Source: Amoebidium appalachense (Eukaryota > Protista > Ichthyosporea). From it: 64,000 bases of DNA. The notes under the pieces are model-generated. The model had not been told where the DNA came from. It did not search any database and saw only the letters and a program-made list of their open reading frames with translations. Below are positions 62,644-64,000 of this stretch, in pieces. Made by a program: the position numbers and the translations under genes. The stretch spans positions 2,713,979-2,777,978 of the forward strand of contig CAVNZM010000007.1 in NCBI GenBank assembly GCA_963693365.1. The letters run 5' to 3'. Each line of letters starts with the position of its first letter. Position 1 is the stretch's first letter.

Positions 62644-63011
62644 AAAATGATCTATTTCCCTATAATTGATGAATTTGTAGTGTGCACACGGCCTGGGGGG
62701 GGGGGGGGTTGCTGCTTTTGTACAGATCACCCACATAATGCGGAAAGAGCCCCCCCCCACCCCCCTCCCCAACTCGATCGATAGATGTATGTTGCAAGTC
62801 CCTTCTCTTAAAGCTCTGCCGCTTGTAATTGGTGGCTGTGTGTGCTCTGCGGGTTGGGTGTGTACATACGTTCCTGCGTGTGTGTGTGTGTGTGTGTGTG
62901 GTGGGGAGGGGGATGGGGGGGGGGGGGGGGGGGGACGGTTGATGATGTATGCATCGAAGATTTAGAATGAAGGAGACATCATATGATATGAACAAAACAC
63001 AACACCCCCCC

Positions 63012-63043
<32 letters not shown>

Positions 63044-63190
63044 AATAATATTAATAATATTAATAATATTAATAATATTAATGAGAAAATAAAAATAAAA
63101 ATAATCAAAATAAATAAAAGGAGGCATATGCCTATGCTTCTTGACTGACATGTATTTCCCACACAGCTCCTGGACCCCCTCATCTTCTAA
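59637..63190 (+). CDS. DsbA-like thioredoxin-fold protein (Thioredoxin_4 type, CxxS site); start exon not identified
   Basis: Exons 59637-59740, 60180-60290, 60563-60712, 61066-61156, 62137-62222, 63167-63190 give PIPPRPDGF..IQLEVFLDPCCPYS..FPLPYHHNSF..TRISWKYACTRNISGTPMFLVNG..WKQLLDPLIF*. The first junction needs one more G in the G5 run at 60180, probably a homopolymer error. Confidence 0.88.
61496..61975. mobile_element. MITE with a 9-bp TSD (Mutator- or Merlin-like), 480 bp, intronic
   Basis: TIRs AGCATGATTCCGGCTGCTG / CAGCAGCCGGAACTATGCT match 17 of 19 bases. The TSD CCCGCAACC lies at 61487-61495 and 61976-61984. Confidence 0.85.
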
Positions 63191-63311
63191 CTGGGTGCGG
63201 AGGGCAAATAGTCTGCGCAGTATGCCTGCATAGCCGAGTCTCTATGCACCCGCATCCTATCCAGTAACCCTTTTCCTTGGCCTTTTGGATATCCTTAGTC
63301 TTTGCTAGATT

Positions 63312-63388
<77 letters not shown>

Positions 63389-63940
63389 TGGGAAGGGGAG
63401 GGGGGGGGGGGGGGTAGTATTCTTTCTTTTTTTTTTTTTTTTTTTTTTTTTTGTGGGGAAGGGGGGGGGGGGGGGGGGGGGGGTAGTATTTTGTGTGTGT
63501 GGGCTATGGTCTATCTGTCCATAGGCAGAATTCAAAAAGTCTGGTTGGCCAGTTCACCTGTGTCCATAAGATTTCACTTAAAAATTTAGAGGGGTTTTTG
63601 AGGTTACACTGCCTTTGTGGTCACTGTTTGGATCGCTATATTCACTGGTTCCTTGTACTTGAATAATTCAGGTTTTTTTTTTCCTGAAAGAAGAGTCTGG
63701 TTTGTGGTGGTGGCTCTTTAGACTTTCCACACTGAAAGTGACTGGGGCCCTATTAGAACTTGAAGAAGGTTTCACAGAACAACGTTAACAACTGTTACAG
63801 CAAGCATATACATATATATGCATAGTTTACTATTTCATCATCACTTGGGTTTCTAAATCCGAGAAGAGTACTCGTGTAAGTCCACAAATAAATTTGATAC
63901 AGCATCGGAAAAAGTAATTGCTATGTCCTTCAATTCGGAT

Positions 63941-63972
<32 letters not shown>

Positions 63973-64000
63973 AGTCCTCCGAGTCCTCCGAGTCCTCCCG

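Noticed and set aside
63966-64000. (CCGAGTCCT)n at the window end as a telomere
   Set aside because: Only about 3.5 copies of a 9-mer, cut by the window edge, and not a known telomeric unit.

Overview
This is intron-rich eukaryotic genomic DNA. An animal-type tyrosine kinase next to fungal- and plant-like genes suggests a unicellular holozoan (inference). Many introns are filled with (CA/TG)n, (GA)n and poly-C/G tracts, so most ORFs in the supplied track are noise; I rebuilt the genes by hand from GT-AG exons with phase checking. The genes are: a ZNF395/ZNF704/SLC2A4RG-like factor (-, runs off the left edge); a cyanase with a presequence-like N-terminus (+); ARFRP1 (-); a receptor tyrosine kinase with three Cys-rich LysM domains that carries several lesions (+); an ARM-repeat protein with a BC-box/zinc-like tail (+); an orphan coiled-coil protein (-); and a BED-finger gene followed in phase by a DsbA-like thioredoxin (+). 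Mobile DNA comprises a short-LTR family with a Gypsy integrase-like remnant, an hAT MITE, a MITE with a 9-bp TSD, and a 5'-truncated LINE with duplicated ends. The top candidate for a novel system is the LysM-receptor tyrosine kinase, whose architecture parallels plant CERK1/NFR1 receptors.
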